A stretch of 64,000 nucleotides of DNA. It comes from the human T2T-CHM13v2.0 reference genome, Homo sapiens. The position numbers were made by a program, and so were the translations under genes. The notes beneath the pieces were generated by a model that was not told where the DNA came from, searched no databases, and saw only the letters and a program-made list of their open reading frames with translations. Shown in pieces: positions 33,481 to 47,205 of the stretch; within the stretch, counting starts at the first letter, position 1, and each line of letters begins with the position of its first letter. The stretch is taken from the NCBI RefSeq assembly GCF_009914755.1, contig NC_060931.1; one strand, given 5' to 3'.

Positions 33481-34815
33481 AGTGAATGTATTTATCAGGC
33501 AAAATATGTAAAGCTGAAAATGTCCCAGAAAATTTGTAATGTACCAAAATGCCAGCACAGAGCAAGCATTTGACCCTTTAATAAATAGAGGTCATGTTAT
33601 AGTCATAAATATGATATGCAATAGAATGGCTATACCTAATTAATTTTAATAACCTAGGTTTTACGATTATTCATCCTGGTAAGAAACTGAAGTTTATTTT
33701 AAGAAAGAGAACTCTTACCTGACTTGTCAATTCACATAAATATTCCTTGGGCATATTTAAGCAATCTCTGTGTGTATAGGTTTGAATTAAATTTGTAGGC
33801 AAAAGTAACCCTGGACCGTAGGACTCAAAATAAAAAATAACCCAGTGCTGCAAATTCTGTTAGTTCTTCTAAGATTCCCTCCCAATTTTATTGCATTAAT
33901 TGACTCATGGGTGCTTGGAATGCTCCTTAGCTTGCTCGGAGAGAGTAATAAGTAGAGACTTTAATCACTTAGTTTGCAGAGCCTTGATCACCTTGGCCCC
34001 CAAATTGTTTAATTCCTGATGAATGTTCTAGAAATAAAATTGGAAGAGGCATGTTATCCTCTTTGGTCAGTCAAAATACCATATGAGTGTCAGCATTTCC
34101 ACCTGTGTCCTCCTAAAGCATTGCTTCCCTCTCTCCGACAAAATTGGGCTCTAAAAGGCTCCACCTTCTCTGCAGCCACTCAGATGAAGGTGCTGCAGGC
34201 CAAGCCCCACACCAGTGTCATACACTGCTTGTATATACTCAGGTCCACCAGGCTTCTCCTTCCATGAAGAAACAACATCTTAGCATGCAACAGAGAAGCT
34301 CAAACCAAAGCCACCAGAGGTAGAATGTTCCCTTGCAATAAAAGATGCTACATCTGCTTCCTGCATGTTGCTCTTCTGTTATACACTTCCCTGTTTTCTC
34401 AAAGGCAAAGTGGACACCACTCTCTACTGCCTCTATCATTAGATTTGGTGTGTTAATGTTGGCTGAGCCCACTCTTCTTGCCAGCACTATCCTACATTCC
34501 CAGCACATTCTTCTCACCCGCAATGTGCTGAAGCAGCTTATGGAGCTCAGAATAGATCGTAATATTTCTCTGACTTGGGCATAAAAGGATGCTGATTCCA
34601 AGATGTGGCCTTTCTGAAGCCAATTCTTTGGAGGGGAGTCTGACACTAGCTCTATTTTCTAGGGTCCTTCACTTCAGTGGAAAATATAAAGAAATAATTG
34701 CTTTCTTAACTTCTGCCACTTGGTTTCCAGGTAATTGATCCTGCCACCAAAACTAACGCCATTTAATATGAATTCACTACATTCTAGGCACTATACTGCG
34801 ATCTTTGCAAGATGT

Positions 34816-35224
34816 ATGCTAGGGTTTGGATGTGGTTTGCCTCCGTCAAAATTCATATTGATATTTGATTTCCAATGTGGCAACGTTGGAAGGTGCAGCC
34901 CAATGGGAGGTGGTCTCCCACTAGGGTGAGAGTGTTCTCACTGTAGAGGACCGATTAGTTCCTGCAAGGGCAGTTGTTAAAAAGAATCTGGATTCCTCAG
35001 TCTCTCTCTTGCTTCTACTTTCACCATGTGAACTCTTCACATAAGCCCACTCACCTTCCACTTTCTGCCATGAGTTGAAGCAGCATGAGGCTCTTACCAG
35101 ATGCAGCTGCCCAACCTTAGACTTTTCAGCCACCAGAATCATGAGCCAAATAAACCTCATTTTTTTTTCACAAATTACCCAGCCTCAGGTAGACTGTTAT
35201 TGCTACACAAATTGGACAAAGATA
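34816..35224 (+). mobile_element. MST (MSTB1/C-like) MaLR LTR inserted in a MIR
   Basis: tttggatgtggtttg...cagaatcatgagccaaataaacc...aattacccagcctcaggta; MIR-like sequence on both sides. Confidence 0.8.
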
Positions 35225-35247
35225 ATATAACTCCTTAAATTTTCTTC

Positions 35248-36618
35248 AATTCTCAAAACTACCCTTCAAAGTAGTTGTTGAAGTATCTTCCTCAGAATAG
35301 TACTTGTGTTCACTGAGGTTAACTAACTTAACTAAAGCTGCACAGCTAGTAAGTGACCAAGTGACCTTATGTCCAATTTTTCTCTTCTCCACTGATGCCA
35401 CAGTACCTTGTTATCTTAAGAATCTCTTTCATGACAGAGTTTTCTATTTTTATAATCATTTCTATTGTTAGTATGTAATAATTCTTAATAATAGCAAACT
35501 TGATTTGAGACTTCTTAGATTGACTTTTCTAATGCCTTCGTCTTCCTGAGTTTCAAATGCACATAAATATAGGGCCTAAGACCATTAGTTACCCAGCCTC
35601 TTCTCTTAAAGGTGAAAAGCATTTAGTTAAGTGCCTACATGGCTAAATGACTATGAGTTCCATTGGCATTTAATAAACAAATCATAAATGACCTTAAATC
35701 CTTCAAGTGGACTCAATAGGACTTTCAAATCAAGAAGTTGGGAGTGCGTGCTAATCAGGTTTGAGGAAAGATACACCTGCAAAAAAAAAAAGGCACAATC
35801 TTTGCAGTAGCTATGAATGGCTTTGTAGCTTTGGGGGCTCAGCTTGGTCACTAGGCAGGAGCTGTGATGTATGAACCCGTCTAACTAGTTCAAAGGGCTG
35901 GAGGCAGGATGGATGACTTCAGATTAATAAAACTTAATTTTTCAAAAGTATTAAACACTCATATTAGGTCAAAATGGAATGTAGTCAATCCTCACAAGTG
36001 TAGAGTGATTGTGGAGAATGAAAGTTGATTCATATGATATTTCAATTGCTACGTATTTTTTAGAGAAATGTGTATTTTTGATGACTCATTCTCTTGCTAA
36101 TAACAAAAAGTATGAAAATGCGAAAGTCCTACTGAGTCTGCTTGAAGGGTTTAAGGTCATTAATGATTTGTTTATTAAATGCTAACGGAACTCATAGTCA
36201 TTTAGCCATGTAGGCATTTAACTAAATGTTTTTCGCTTTCAAGAGAAGAGCTTGGGTGACTAACGGTCCTGAGCCCTATATTTATGTGCGTTTGAAGCTT
36301 AGAGAGATCCAGGCAATGGAAAAGTCAACCTAAGAAGCCTCGTAGACCAAGTTTGCTATTATTGCACACAAATGATGCAATGCATTATTGCATACTAATG
36401 ATAGAAATGATTATAAAAATAGAGAGCTCTTCCATAAAAGAGCTTCTTAAGATAACAAGGTGCTGTGGTATCAATGGAGAAGAGAAAAATTGGATGTAAG
36501 GTCACTTGGTCACCTACTAACTATGCAGCTTTGGTTGAGTTGGCTAACCTCAGTGAACATAAGTACTATTCTGAGGAAGATAATTCAATAGCTACTTTGA
36601 AGAGTAGTTTTGAGAATT
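35248..36618. repeat. Large inverted duplication IR2 (arms 35248-35726 and 36122-36618; 395-bp spacer)
   Basis: Arms are reverse complements at ~87% (hand alignment) with one ~17-bp indel; 30-bp perfect stretch 35632-35661. Confidence 0.97.
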
Positions 36619-37789
36619 AAATTATTGACAATTGGCACTTAGTCTGCTTTTATCCGCTGTTGCCCAACTTTCCTGTCTTTCTTTATTGGCACTTGGTTTT
36701 CAAGCTATCTGCATTCCAGTTTGAAAACTTTGTAAACTCAAAATATTCAAGTTTATTTTAATTTTTTTTGGGAGGGGAGGTTCTGAGCAAATGTGAGAAG
36801 GCATGCCCCGTACTGTATAGATCATATCTTTGCCATTTTTAGATACTTAGAATCATAGAGCAAGTGTATCATCTGGTTTCAGGGGAGATAGAACTTCTGA
36901 GCAGGGAGCAGGGTGCTAATACTGGACACATTTTTGACTTTGCTGGAGCCAGATCTCCAGATTTGGCTCTTTATTGTTGGAAAGGAATCCAACAACATCA
37001 CACATGCCTAGGTCTATGGTAGAAAGAGTAAAACACATTTTAAAGCCAAGCGACTCTGAGTTTGAAATGAACCATGTCCAAACTCACTTCCAACATGATC
37101 AATAATCAGAATAGGACCCATTGTCTCTGTTGCAGTGTGGCTGAAACTGCTGCAAGTTTACCAACACCACTATCCTTTGCATAACCTTTGCTTGAGCATG
37201 AACATGGAATACAGACACGTCTATACACGGTGCTCATTTAATACTTTTTCCCAGACCTCTTTTGGTCAGTCTTCCAATTTTGCATTTTTCAATTCCTGAC
37301 CATCCAGCCAGAACCTTAGGAGCTGTGCATAAATCAGGGTCAATCCAAATCACTGATCTCTTAGCCCAGGCAAAGTGGACAACCCAAAGACTGCCCCAAG
37401 TCTTGCCTTCTGGGAGGATTTCCTTTCATCAATATCTTTCAAGAATACTCCCGAACAGGGGGACTATAACACTGCATCAGTTTGTTTCAGGTTGGTCACT
37501 ACACACTGTGCAGAACAATGTGTATGCCAGGCCCTGGCCTTTTCCTCTTCAGTAAGTGCCCATCTTTGAGGCTGTCGATGTGGATTGAAGGAGAGGAGTT
37601 GCCGCAGCAGAACTAGATATATTAGGAGTCTGAGCCTCCTGCTCATAGAGCATATTTATCTTTCAGACCTGCTTAAGCCTAATCTCTTTTGTTACATTTC
37701 AACTTTATGGTAGATGGATGCTGTACATATTCAAATATGGTGAGTCAGTTTAGACCTAGTGTCTTAGTTGGTAGAGAAATAGGTACTTT

Positions 37790-38212
37790 GGCGGCCCTGC
37801 CCAGATTTTCCCAACACTCACCATTCTAGTACATGCCAATGATCTCCTCTTGCAATCACCAGTAATTCTCTGCTTTAGGGCTTTCTGTGAGGCTGTGCAC
37901 GTGGCAGGGTGGGAGTACAAAAGAGTTAACACCCCAGGGAGCATCCCTCAGCAGTGACAAACAGAAGCTGGAGAGCAAGTACACTGGCTTCCTCATCCCT
38001 CAAGTACTACGTCCCACACTATCTCCCAGGGGATTATAGTGTGACTGAGCCATTATGAGTTATTCATGGATGTACCCACATTAGCTTCTTTCTCTTTCCT
38101 GTCCCCCACACCCACTTCCCTACCAGTGCTTTCTGAGATCAACTTTCAAACAAACTACATGCACTCAAATCCTGTCTCAAGGTATGCTTTTGGGAGAACC
38201 CAGACCATGACA
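37790..38212 (+). mobile_element. LTR16-family (ERVL) LTR
   Basis: gagttaacaccccagggagcatccctcagc; aaactacatgcactcaaatcctgtctcaagg..tgcttttgggagaaccc. Confidence 0.7.
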
Positions 38213-38349
38213 GATAGCTCCAATTACATGGCAACTGGATGTCAGGTACTCAGTTTCTTTTCAAGCACAAGTCAGGAACGTTTTAATCTCAAGAAAAGAA
38301 TATTTATATGAAAAAGTATCCATGGCATTGCTCCAACACTTTGATCAGT

Positions 38350-39200
38350 TTATAGCTGGACTATATCTTTTATATCCCTTAAAGTTTAGTGTAGAAAGAT
38401 CTGAATTCTAGTCAATGGAATGTTAGCAGAACCAAGAAGAGCCTTGGAAGCGGAACCTTCCAAGCCCAGCTCATACCGAAAAAATAAAAAGAAGAAAAGG
38501 AAAGGTAAGACTTTCATGAGTGCATTTGTTCATGCTCTATTTCCCCTTTCTGCTATCTGCAATGGCAACACTCAGTGATATGGTCTGGATGTTTGTCCCC
38601 TCCAAATCTCTCATTGAAATGTGATTCCCAGTGCTGCAGATGAGGCCTGGTGAGAGGTGTTGGGTCATGGGAGAGGACTCCTCATGAATGGTTTAGCACC
38701 ATATCCTTGCAGATAAGTGAATCCTCACTCAGTTAGTTCATGCAAGATCTGGTTAAGAGTCTGGGACCTACCCCTGCTCTCTCTTGCTCCCTCTCTTGCC
38801 ATGTGACAACTGCGGCTGTCCTTCACCTTCAACCATAATTGTAAGCTTCCTGAGGCCCTCACCAGAAGAAGATGCTGGAACCATGCTTCCTGTACAGCCT
38901 GCAGAACTGTGAGCTAACTCTTCTTCTTTTTTTCTATAAATTACCAAGCCTCAGGTATTCCCTTACAGTAATGCAAAAACGGGAAACACCCACTGTGGCA
39001 CTGGGTGGTAAATGATGAAGATGGCAAAGACATGTCAACCTGGGTGCCTGAGTGACCATGTGGAACAAAGCACCCCTCTTCCCAGCTGCCCTGGAACTGC
39101 ACTAGACTGTTAGGTGAATAAGAAATAAATTCCTATTTCCTTGAGTCAATTCATGTTCATGTCTTTGTCTTACTGTTGCCTAGTCTACCTTGATTGACAT
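38350..39200 (+). mobile_element. MLT1 (I/J-like) LTR interrupted by MSTB
   Basis: ttctagtcaatggaatgttagcagaa; cctgggtgcctgagtgaccatgtggaacaaagc; aagaaataaa. Confidence 0.65.
38577..38988 (+). mobile_element. MSTB MaLR LTR
   Basis: tgatatggtctggatgtttgtcccctccaaatctc...ttaccaagcctcaggtattc. Confidence 0.85.
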
Positions 39201-41000
39201 ATGTAAACCTCCAAATTACTGTTTGAAATGGAAAAAAATGGGAAACCATAAGCAATAAAAAGAACTTCAGAGAAAATTAGATCACTAAACTATGCTTGAT
39301 TTTGTTATTCTAAATCTCTATTTTTTCTACATTACAGCATAAAAACAAAATAAAACAACAAACAAATTTACAAATGTTCATCAAACTTAAACCTCACAAG
39401 AACTCACTGGTCACTCCAAAAGTTCTGCAGAATTATTCGACTCTTCCTGAGAACAACTGCTCATATATTATCTAACCTTTGCCTACTTCATTAAGAGGAA
39501 ATCTTTGTTCTCACCCTCATTATTTTCTACTTAATTTGTTTTCCTGCCAGGAAACCCATCTATAGAGATTTGTTTTTCCGGCCATCTATAGAGATTTGTT
39601 CTCTTCAAACATTTCTCATAAGCCTCATTTCTTCATAGGCTGCCCATACCACCATTGACAGGTTCAAATCATAGATTGGAAGTCACTTATTAGATAAATC
39701 AATTAAAGACAGAATGAATGAGACTTTCAATTCCAGTAATTTTGAAGCAGTTCATATTTAATTAAACTGCATGCAGATAACAATGAAAAAATTGAGACCA
39801 AAAAATCCCTCAGAACAAAGATCAACCTTTCTGATGGCACTGGAGAACAATCAAAAGGCATGCAGAAGTTGGAATTAATTCAACCTTGAATAAAAGAAAC
39901 TCTACTAGGTGAGATCTGTGCTTATATAGCTTTTCCCTTGAAGGCTTCTCTGGTATGCTTAGCGCAGATTGCCTAGAACTCAGGCAAAGAAATACATGGC
40001 CTTGTTTGTCTGATGTGTCAGAATTTGAGTATTCCAGACTGCTGGAAATTTTAGAAGATGATGTAAAAATGTGGGAGCCACAGAAAGGAAAATTCCCAAA
40101 TCTGCATATAAATTTCCCTTAAGTCCTTGAGTGACATTTGAATTATGCATATGCAGAGGGAGATACCAAGACACTCAGCACAGTGCAATAGCTGGAAAGT
40201 TGAAAGACTTGAGCAGAGATCTTAGCTGTGACTTACTTAAGGAGAGATAGAATTTGGAGTTTGAATCCTATCAAGTTATAGGGTTTTGATAAATACCTTG
40301 GACTTTTCATTAATTTTAAAGAGAGCTATCCTTATTTGCAAAAGACTGCTTCCCAGGAATAAGGATTTAGCCTAAAACTAAAAGAAGAATAGAAATAGAC
40401 CCACATTAATAAAGAATTTAAAAAAGCATCCACATGGTGAAGATAGTTATCCAGCAATTAAATCACTCACTAGAGCAAGAAACAACTCACCCAAGGATGA
40501 TAATAGTATCTTGTGTTTCTGCAGCATAACATCCGCAATGTTCAGTACACAATAAACAATTATTGGACATGGAAAGGACAGCTAAATGTGATCTGTGGTC
40601 AAAATAATATCGGTCAATGGATAAAGACCAAAGACAACCTCAATGTTGTAATTAAAAAATAAGGACTTTCAAGCAGGAAGTAAATATATGATCAAGGATG
40701 TCAAGTAAAGCAGGATTATTATTAGTAAACAGAAGAGGAATATCAATAGAGAATAGAAAAACTATTAAAAAGTCAAATTTAAATCCTGGAACTTAAAAAT
40801 ATAATGTTTAAAATAAAAATGTTATTTGATGGGCTGAACAGCAGATTAGATACCATAAAAGAAAGTCACTGTGAACTTGAAAGAGAACAAAAGATTGAAA
40901 GAAAATTGAACAGATTTTTCAGAAACATATGAGACAATATCAAATACTTTAACATATGCATAATTGGAGTCTCAGCAGCAGAGAGTAGAGATAAAGATCC

Positions 41001-41165
41001 AGGGGTGTGGCAGCACGCACCTGTAGTCCCAGCTACTCAGGAGGCTAAGGCGGGAGAATGATGTGAACCCTGGAGGCAGAGCTTGCAGTGAGCCAAGATT
41101 GTGCCACTGCACTCTAGCCTGGGCGACAGAGCAAGACTCCATCAAAAAAAAAAAAAAAAAAAAAA
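41001..41165 (+). mobile_element. 5'-truncated Alu (right arm)
   Basis: TSD aaa(g/a)atccag. Confidence 0.88.
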
Positions 41166-41653
41166 TCCAGAAAAAAAAAGTTTAAAGCAGCAACTGTGAA
41201 GTTCACAAAATTTGGTAAAAAACATCAACTTACATATCCAGAAAAACTCAGATAGCCTCAAACAAGATAAATATAAAGAAAATCATAAGTATATTCTCCT
41301 AGTTACATTGCTGGAAGCCAAAGCTAAAGAAACTGTCTTGAATGCAACTGGAGATAAATGATACATTATATATAGCACAGGGGAATAGTGATACTATTTA
41401 TGACTGACTTCTCTTTTGGAACAATGAAGAAGACAAAGAAATTGTCTACCCAGAATTCTATATCTAGCAAAACTATCCTTCATATAAGAAAACAAAATAG
41501 ACACTCCAGATTAATAAAATTTAAAAAAAGTCATTGCCAGCACACATGAATTAAATAAAATGCTGAAGGAATTTATTTGGGTTGAAAGTAAATGAAACCA
41601 GATAGGAACTCAGATCTATAGAAAGAAATGAAGAGCACCAGAAATAGTAAATA

Positions 41654-41957
41654 CAGGTGACCCTTCATATCCACAGATTCTGCAGACATGAATTCAAATA
41701 ACTATGTATCAAAAATATTTTTAAAAAGTTAAAAATAATAATAAAATATAATACAGTATAACAACAATTTACATAGTATTTATACGGTATCAGCTATTAT
41801 AAGTAACCTAGAAACATCTTAAAGTATATGAGAGTATGTGTGCATGTTATATGCACATTTTATGCTATCCTATTTTATATGAGACTTGGTGTCTGTAGAT
41901 TTTGGTATCCAAGGGGGATACTGGAATCCATTCCCCACAGATACCAAGGGATAACTG
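41654..41957. mobile_element. MER2 (Tigger-type MITE)
   Basis: aatacagtataacaac...gattttggtatcc...cccacagataccaagggataactg. Confidence 0.85.
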
Positions 41958-41959
41958 TA

Positions 41960-42935
<976 letters not shown>

Positions 42936-43112
42936 TTATTTTAAATTATTTAAAGACACATGACAATGTAGTGCAAAAATGTTAACACTCTTCTGGGTTT
43001 ATAAAGTATGCAGATATAAAATATTTGCCAACAAAAATACAGAAATAAAGGAAAGGAGTAAATTAAGTTATACTGTACTGTCGCATGATTCTTACATTTC
43101 ATATAAAGTGGC

Positions 43113-43765
43113 TGTTCTGTGTAGGAAATGCACAAGGGGAGAATAAAAGACACACACACAATACCTTTAAGGGTAAACAACCTTTATCCCATGTAAATGA
43201 CAATGCAGATATAATAAGCAAATCACATAATAAGCAAATGATATAATAAGCAAATTGTAATGGGAAAGGGAGAAGGGAAAAAAAAAAAAAATATATATAT
43301 ATATATATATATCCTCTGTAGTCTGGTGAGTGTGTGTGTGTGTACACATATATATATATGTACACACACACACACTCACCAGACTACAGAGGATTCATCT
43401 CTGGGAAGCTATAGCCTGGGCTCCAGTGTCGGCCACCCATCCGTGCACAGATGAGGGGAGGTCTCGAAGCTTTGGTGCGGTCTGGGGCCCTAGCTCTTTT
43501 TGTAATGAGTTGTTTGGCATAAGGCCCAGTCACGAGGGCCCTTTGTGACTGAGCTCAAGGGACACAAAAAGATCATCTTGCTTTTGCGATTGTCTATTGT
43601 TTTTCAATAACTAATGTATCAGAATAGGTTAAAATAGACATTTCATTGAAACAGTGCTGGATGAATGCCTCAAGGAGCTCACAAAACCTGTTCTGGGATT
43701 CAGTGACGACTGTTTGTGTCCATGTTCAATTGAATTCAATTTTAATATTTAACTTTTCCTCCACA
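43113..43765 (-). mobile_element. PABL_A solo LTR (ERV1)
   Basis: Reverse complement starts tgtggaggaaaagttaaatattaaa; perfect 5-bp TSD gtggc (43108-43112, 43766-43770). Confidence 0.85.
43311..43394. repeat. Near-perfect 84-bp palindrome
   Basis: Perfect 36-bp arms 43311-43346 and 43359-43394 around catatatatata. Confidence 0.97.
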
Positions 43766-44149
43766 GTGGCACAATATTAAATCTAAGTAGATAACAAAAA
43801 TGAGACATATTATAATCCTTAGAACAACCACCAAAAATTTAATATGGAAAATAATATCTTAAAAGTCTAGTGAATGAATTAAAATAGAATCTTAAGAATA
43901 TTTGATTAATTCAAAAGAATTCAGAAAGAATGAACAGAGGAACAAAAAACAAATGGAACAGATATAAAATAATTAGTAAAATGGTGGGCCTAAATACCAC
44001 CATATATCAGTAAGTACATTAAATATAAATAAACACTCAGATGAAAAAGCAAAAAATGTCAGACTGAATAAAAGAAGGTTGCATGAATTAGTAAGCAAAT
44101 GAATGAACACGCTATCTTGGAACAAATGAACCAAATGGCGTTAGCAAAT

Positions 44150-44655
44150 ATTTTCATCATTAAAGGAAACCAGTTAAGAAACTATTATCCCACATTCTCT
44201 GTTCATAACAGTGTATTTCTGGGTCAAGTCCCACTCCTGGCTTCAAAACTGGGCATGTAACCCAGATATGGATATTTAGAGCACAGTCTCTCCCTATCTA
44301 TAGTGATTGAATAAGAAACAGTATATGACTGAAAGTGTACTAATGTGAATTATGGCAAATATTTTTGCTGGAATATTGAGAAAAAGAAGCTATTTTCTCA
44401 CACGTTTCCAAGCTAATATGATGTAAACCTGAATCTGCTGGTTGCCTCTGCCTGTTTGATAATGAAGACAACACAGAAAAAAACAGAATTGGAAAACATG
44501 AACATACTTCCGATGTCATCATTTTAGCCATTGGATCCAAGCATGCCTGAAGCCATATACACTCTGTCTTTTCAGTTATTTGAGCAATCAAAAAAAAAAA
44601 GAAAACCACCATTTGTTGGTTTCTATTCTTTATAGCCAAAAGAGACAGGATGAAC
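44150..44655 (+). mobile_element. MLT1K-like MaLR LTR
   Basis: ggatccaagcatgcctgaagcc...ttttcagttatttgagcaat. Confidence 0.6.
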
Positions 44656-44976
44656 ACAATTAGCAAATGAATTATTTTCCAAATAATCAATAATATCAAT
44701 TGAATAAGATACAACTATTGAATGAGTTTGTTTCTAATTCCTGACACACTTCCTTCAACCATAAGAAATCTCTGCAAACTCATGCACCAGAAATAATATA
44801 GAGGGTTGGCTTCAATCCTATTGTTCATGAAAACATTGTGCCCTCTAATTTCCACATGACATATTAGTAGGGCCCAGAGGGTGTGCTCTCAACCAACCGA
44901 AGTCCCCCCCTTGGCTGTTGTCCTTAGAAGGATTCTTTATCTTTTTCCCAGACTATGCAATCTCTATCACTGTGGG

Positions 44977-45398
44977 TTTCACTCGCGTCTGTGTGAAAAG
45001 ACCACTAAACAGGCTTTGTGTGAGCAGCAAGGCTGTTTATTTCACCTGGGTGCAGGCGGGCTGAGTCCAAAAAGAGAGTCAGCGAAGGGAGATAGGGGTG
45101 GGGCCGTTTTATAGGATTTTGGTAGGTAAAGGAAAATTACAGTCAAAGGGGGTTGTTCTCTGGCGGGCAAGGGCGTGGGTCACAGGGTGCTCAGTGGGGG
45201 AGTTTTTGAGCCAGGATGAGCCAGGATGATCGAGGAGAAGGAATTTCACAAGGTAATGTCATCAGTTAAGGCAGGAACAGGCCATTTTCACTTCTTTTGC
45301 GGTGGAATGTCATCAATTAAGGCAGGAACCGCCATCTGGATGTGTACGTGCAGGTCACAAGGGATATGATGGCTTAGCTTGGGCTCAGAGGCCTGGCA
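44977..45398 (-). mobile_element. LTR7-family (HERV-H) solo LTR
   Basis: tttcactcgcgtctgtgtgaa...atggcttagcttgggctcagaggcctggca; perfect TSD gtggg. Confidence 0.93.
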
Positions 45399-45979
45399 GT
45401 GGGTCTATGTATAAGGATATTGACCACCTCCTTCTCACATCATTGAAACACTGACTATTGATATACACAGAAACTAAAGCAGGATAGATTTCAAGTAGAT
45501 CTCTGTTAATCGCTGATGTTTAAGGGAATTTGACACAATTAATAACGTGCATGACTGAAAAGGGAAATTATCTCCTAATCTTGATAAATCACCACCCAAA
45601 TAATTGATTTTCTCATATCTCCTTACTCTTTGGAATGAACGTATTTTTAGAAACTTGCAAAATTAGCTGTTTTATGTCTTAGGATCTTCCATGAATCTCA
45701 GATTTTTGTGAAATGGACAGACACCAATGGCGTCTACAACTATTTACTGTCACAGATACAGAGAATGAGTACAATGCCAGCTGATTAATACATGTACACC
45801 AGTGTAGATATGATATATTGACCAGAACTGGCTCTGCACTCAATTCAAGAAAACTGTCTTGGGAGGCTTTGCAAGTAAAAGCAAAATGGCTGCAATACTC
45901 TGTGTTTATTCATAAAACATGGTACATTCTCCATAAATGCCTGATGCATTGAACTGGATATATATTAGAACACAGTTAT

Positions 45980-46330
45980 TGTATTAGTCTGTTCTCACAC
46001 TGCTAATAAAGACATATCCAAGACTGGATAATTTGTAAAGGAAAGAGGTTTGGTTGACTCGCAGTTCCACATGGCTGGGGAGGCCCCACAATTATAGTGG
46101 AAGGCAAATGAGGAGCAAAGTCACATCTTACATGGCAGCAGGCAAGAGAGCTTGTACAGGGGATCTCCTCTTTATAAAACCATCAGATCTCATGAGATTT
46201 ATTCACTACCTTGAGAACAGTATGGGGGAAATCACCCCCTATGATTCACTTATCTCTACCTGGCTCTGCCTTTTAGGGATTATTACAATTCAAGGTGAGA
46301 TTTGGGTGGGGACACAGACAAACCATATCA
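45980..46330 (-). mobile_element. THE1B/C MaLR solo LTR
   Basis: tgtattagtctgttctcacactgct...ggggacacagacaaaccatatca. Confidence 0.92.
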
Positions 46331-46659
46331 ATTGTACACAGAATATGACTGGAATACATCTGAGAAAATGATTTTCTCAGATAGCTTAGAAAGCTGAAAG
46401 AGAGGGTATTACTGTCCCTGCCTTAAATCATAGAAACAGAGTCCTCAGAAGGAAGCGCAAGGCTGGATTGAGAAATGAAAGGGATGAATGGGGCTGGGAC
46501 TAGAGTGAGCCAATTGAGGGTCTAGGGGTACCAAATAAAGGAAGTGTGTGCTCTGTGGCACTTTCATGACCTTGGCAATGACGACCTGCTTCCATTTTGC
46601 AGTAGGTGCCTCCCTTGTCTTGCTCCAGTCCTGTCCCTGAGTGTGGGGCATGCATTGTA

Positions 46660-47205
46660 GGAAAAGAAGGATGGAGAAAGCATTCTACATATAAAAAGCA
46701 ATGTGTGTTGAGAACCAGAGATGTGACAGAGAAGAAAGAAGCAAGTTCTTTTAACTACAGCAAACAATGCAGGAGTTGGGGGTGGGGTGTAAAAGATGAA
46801 GCTAGAGAGGTGGGCTGCTGGCAAACTGGGAAAAGTCTCATATGCTGTGATGAAGATCTTTGACTCTTCACCCTTGACAAAGGTGAACCGATGCAATCTT
46901 CAAGGTCAGGATGGTTTTTATAAAGGATAATTGTGATAAAGCAGTGTGAAAAATGGCTTAGAAGAGAAAAACTAAAGCTTGTGAATCTTAGGTAGCTGCA
47001 GTAGCTTCTTCAGAAGAGTGGGTGGATGTCCTGGAGGCATAGAGGGTGGACTTCACCTGGACTTGGTCACAGAATGTGTCTGATGAGGCCACATGTAACT
47101 CAGTGGTCTCTCGCCTGGACAAGTAGGCACTTCCACCAACTAAGCAAGACAAGAGCAAGAGCTGATGAAGAGAGCAAGCTGTTAAGTTTTAGTTTGGGAC
47201 ATGTT
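46660..47205 (-). mobile_element. L2 fragments
   Basis: aaagatgaagctagagaggtgggc; aagtttagtttgggacatgtt-like motif. Confidence 0.5.

Noticed and set aside
34239-34646. 135-aa minus-strand ORF in unique DNA
   Set aside because: No recognisable domain, non-ATG start, no exon or processed-pseudogene hallmarks.
35248-36618. IR2 interpreted as terminal inverted repeats of a DNA transposon
   Set aside because: No TSD or known TIR motif, and the arm begins inside a MIR that is continuous with the left flank.
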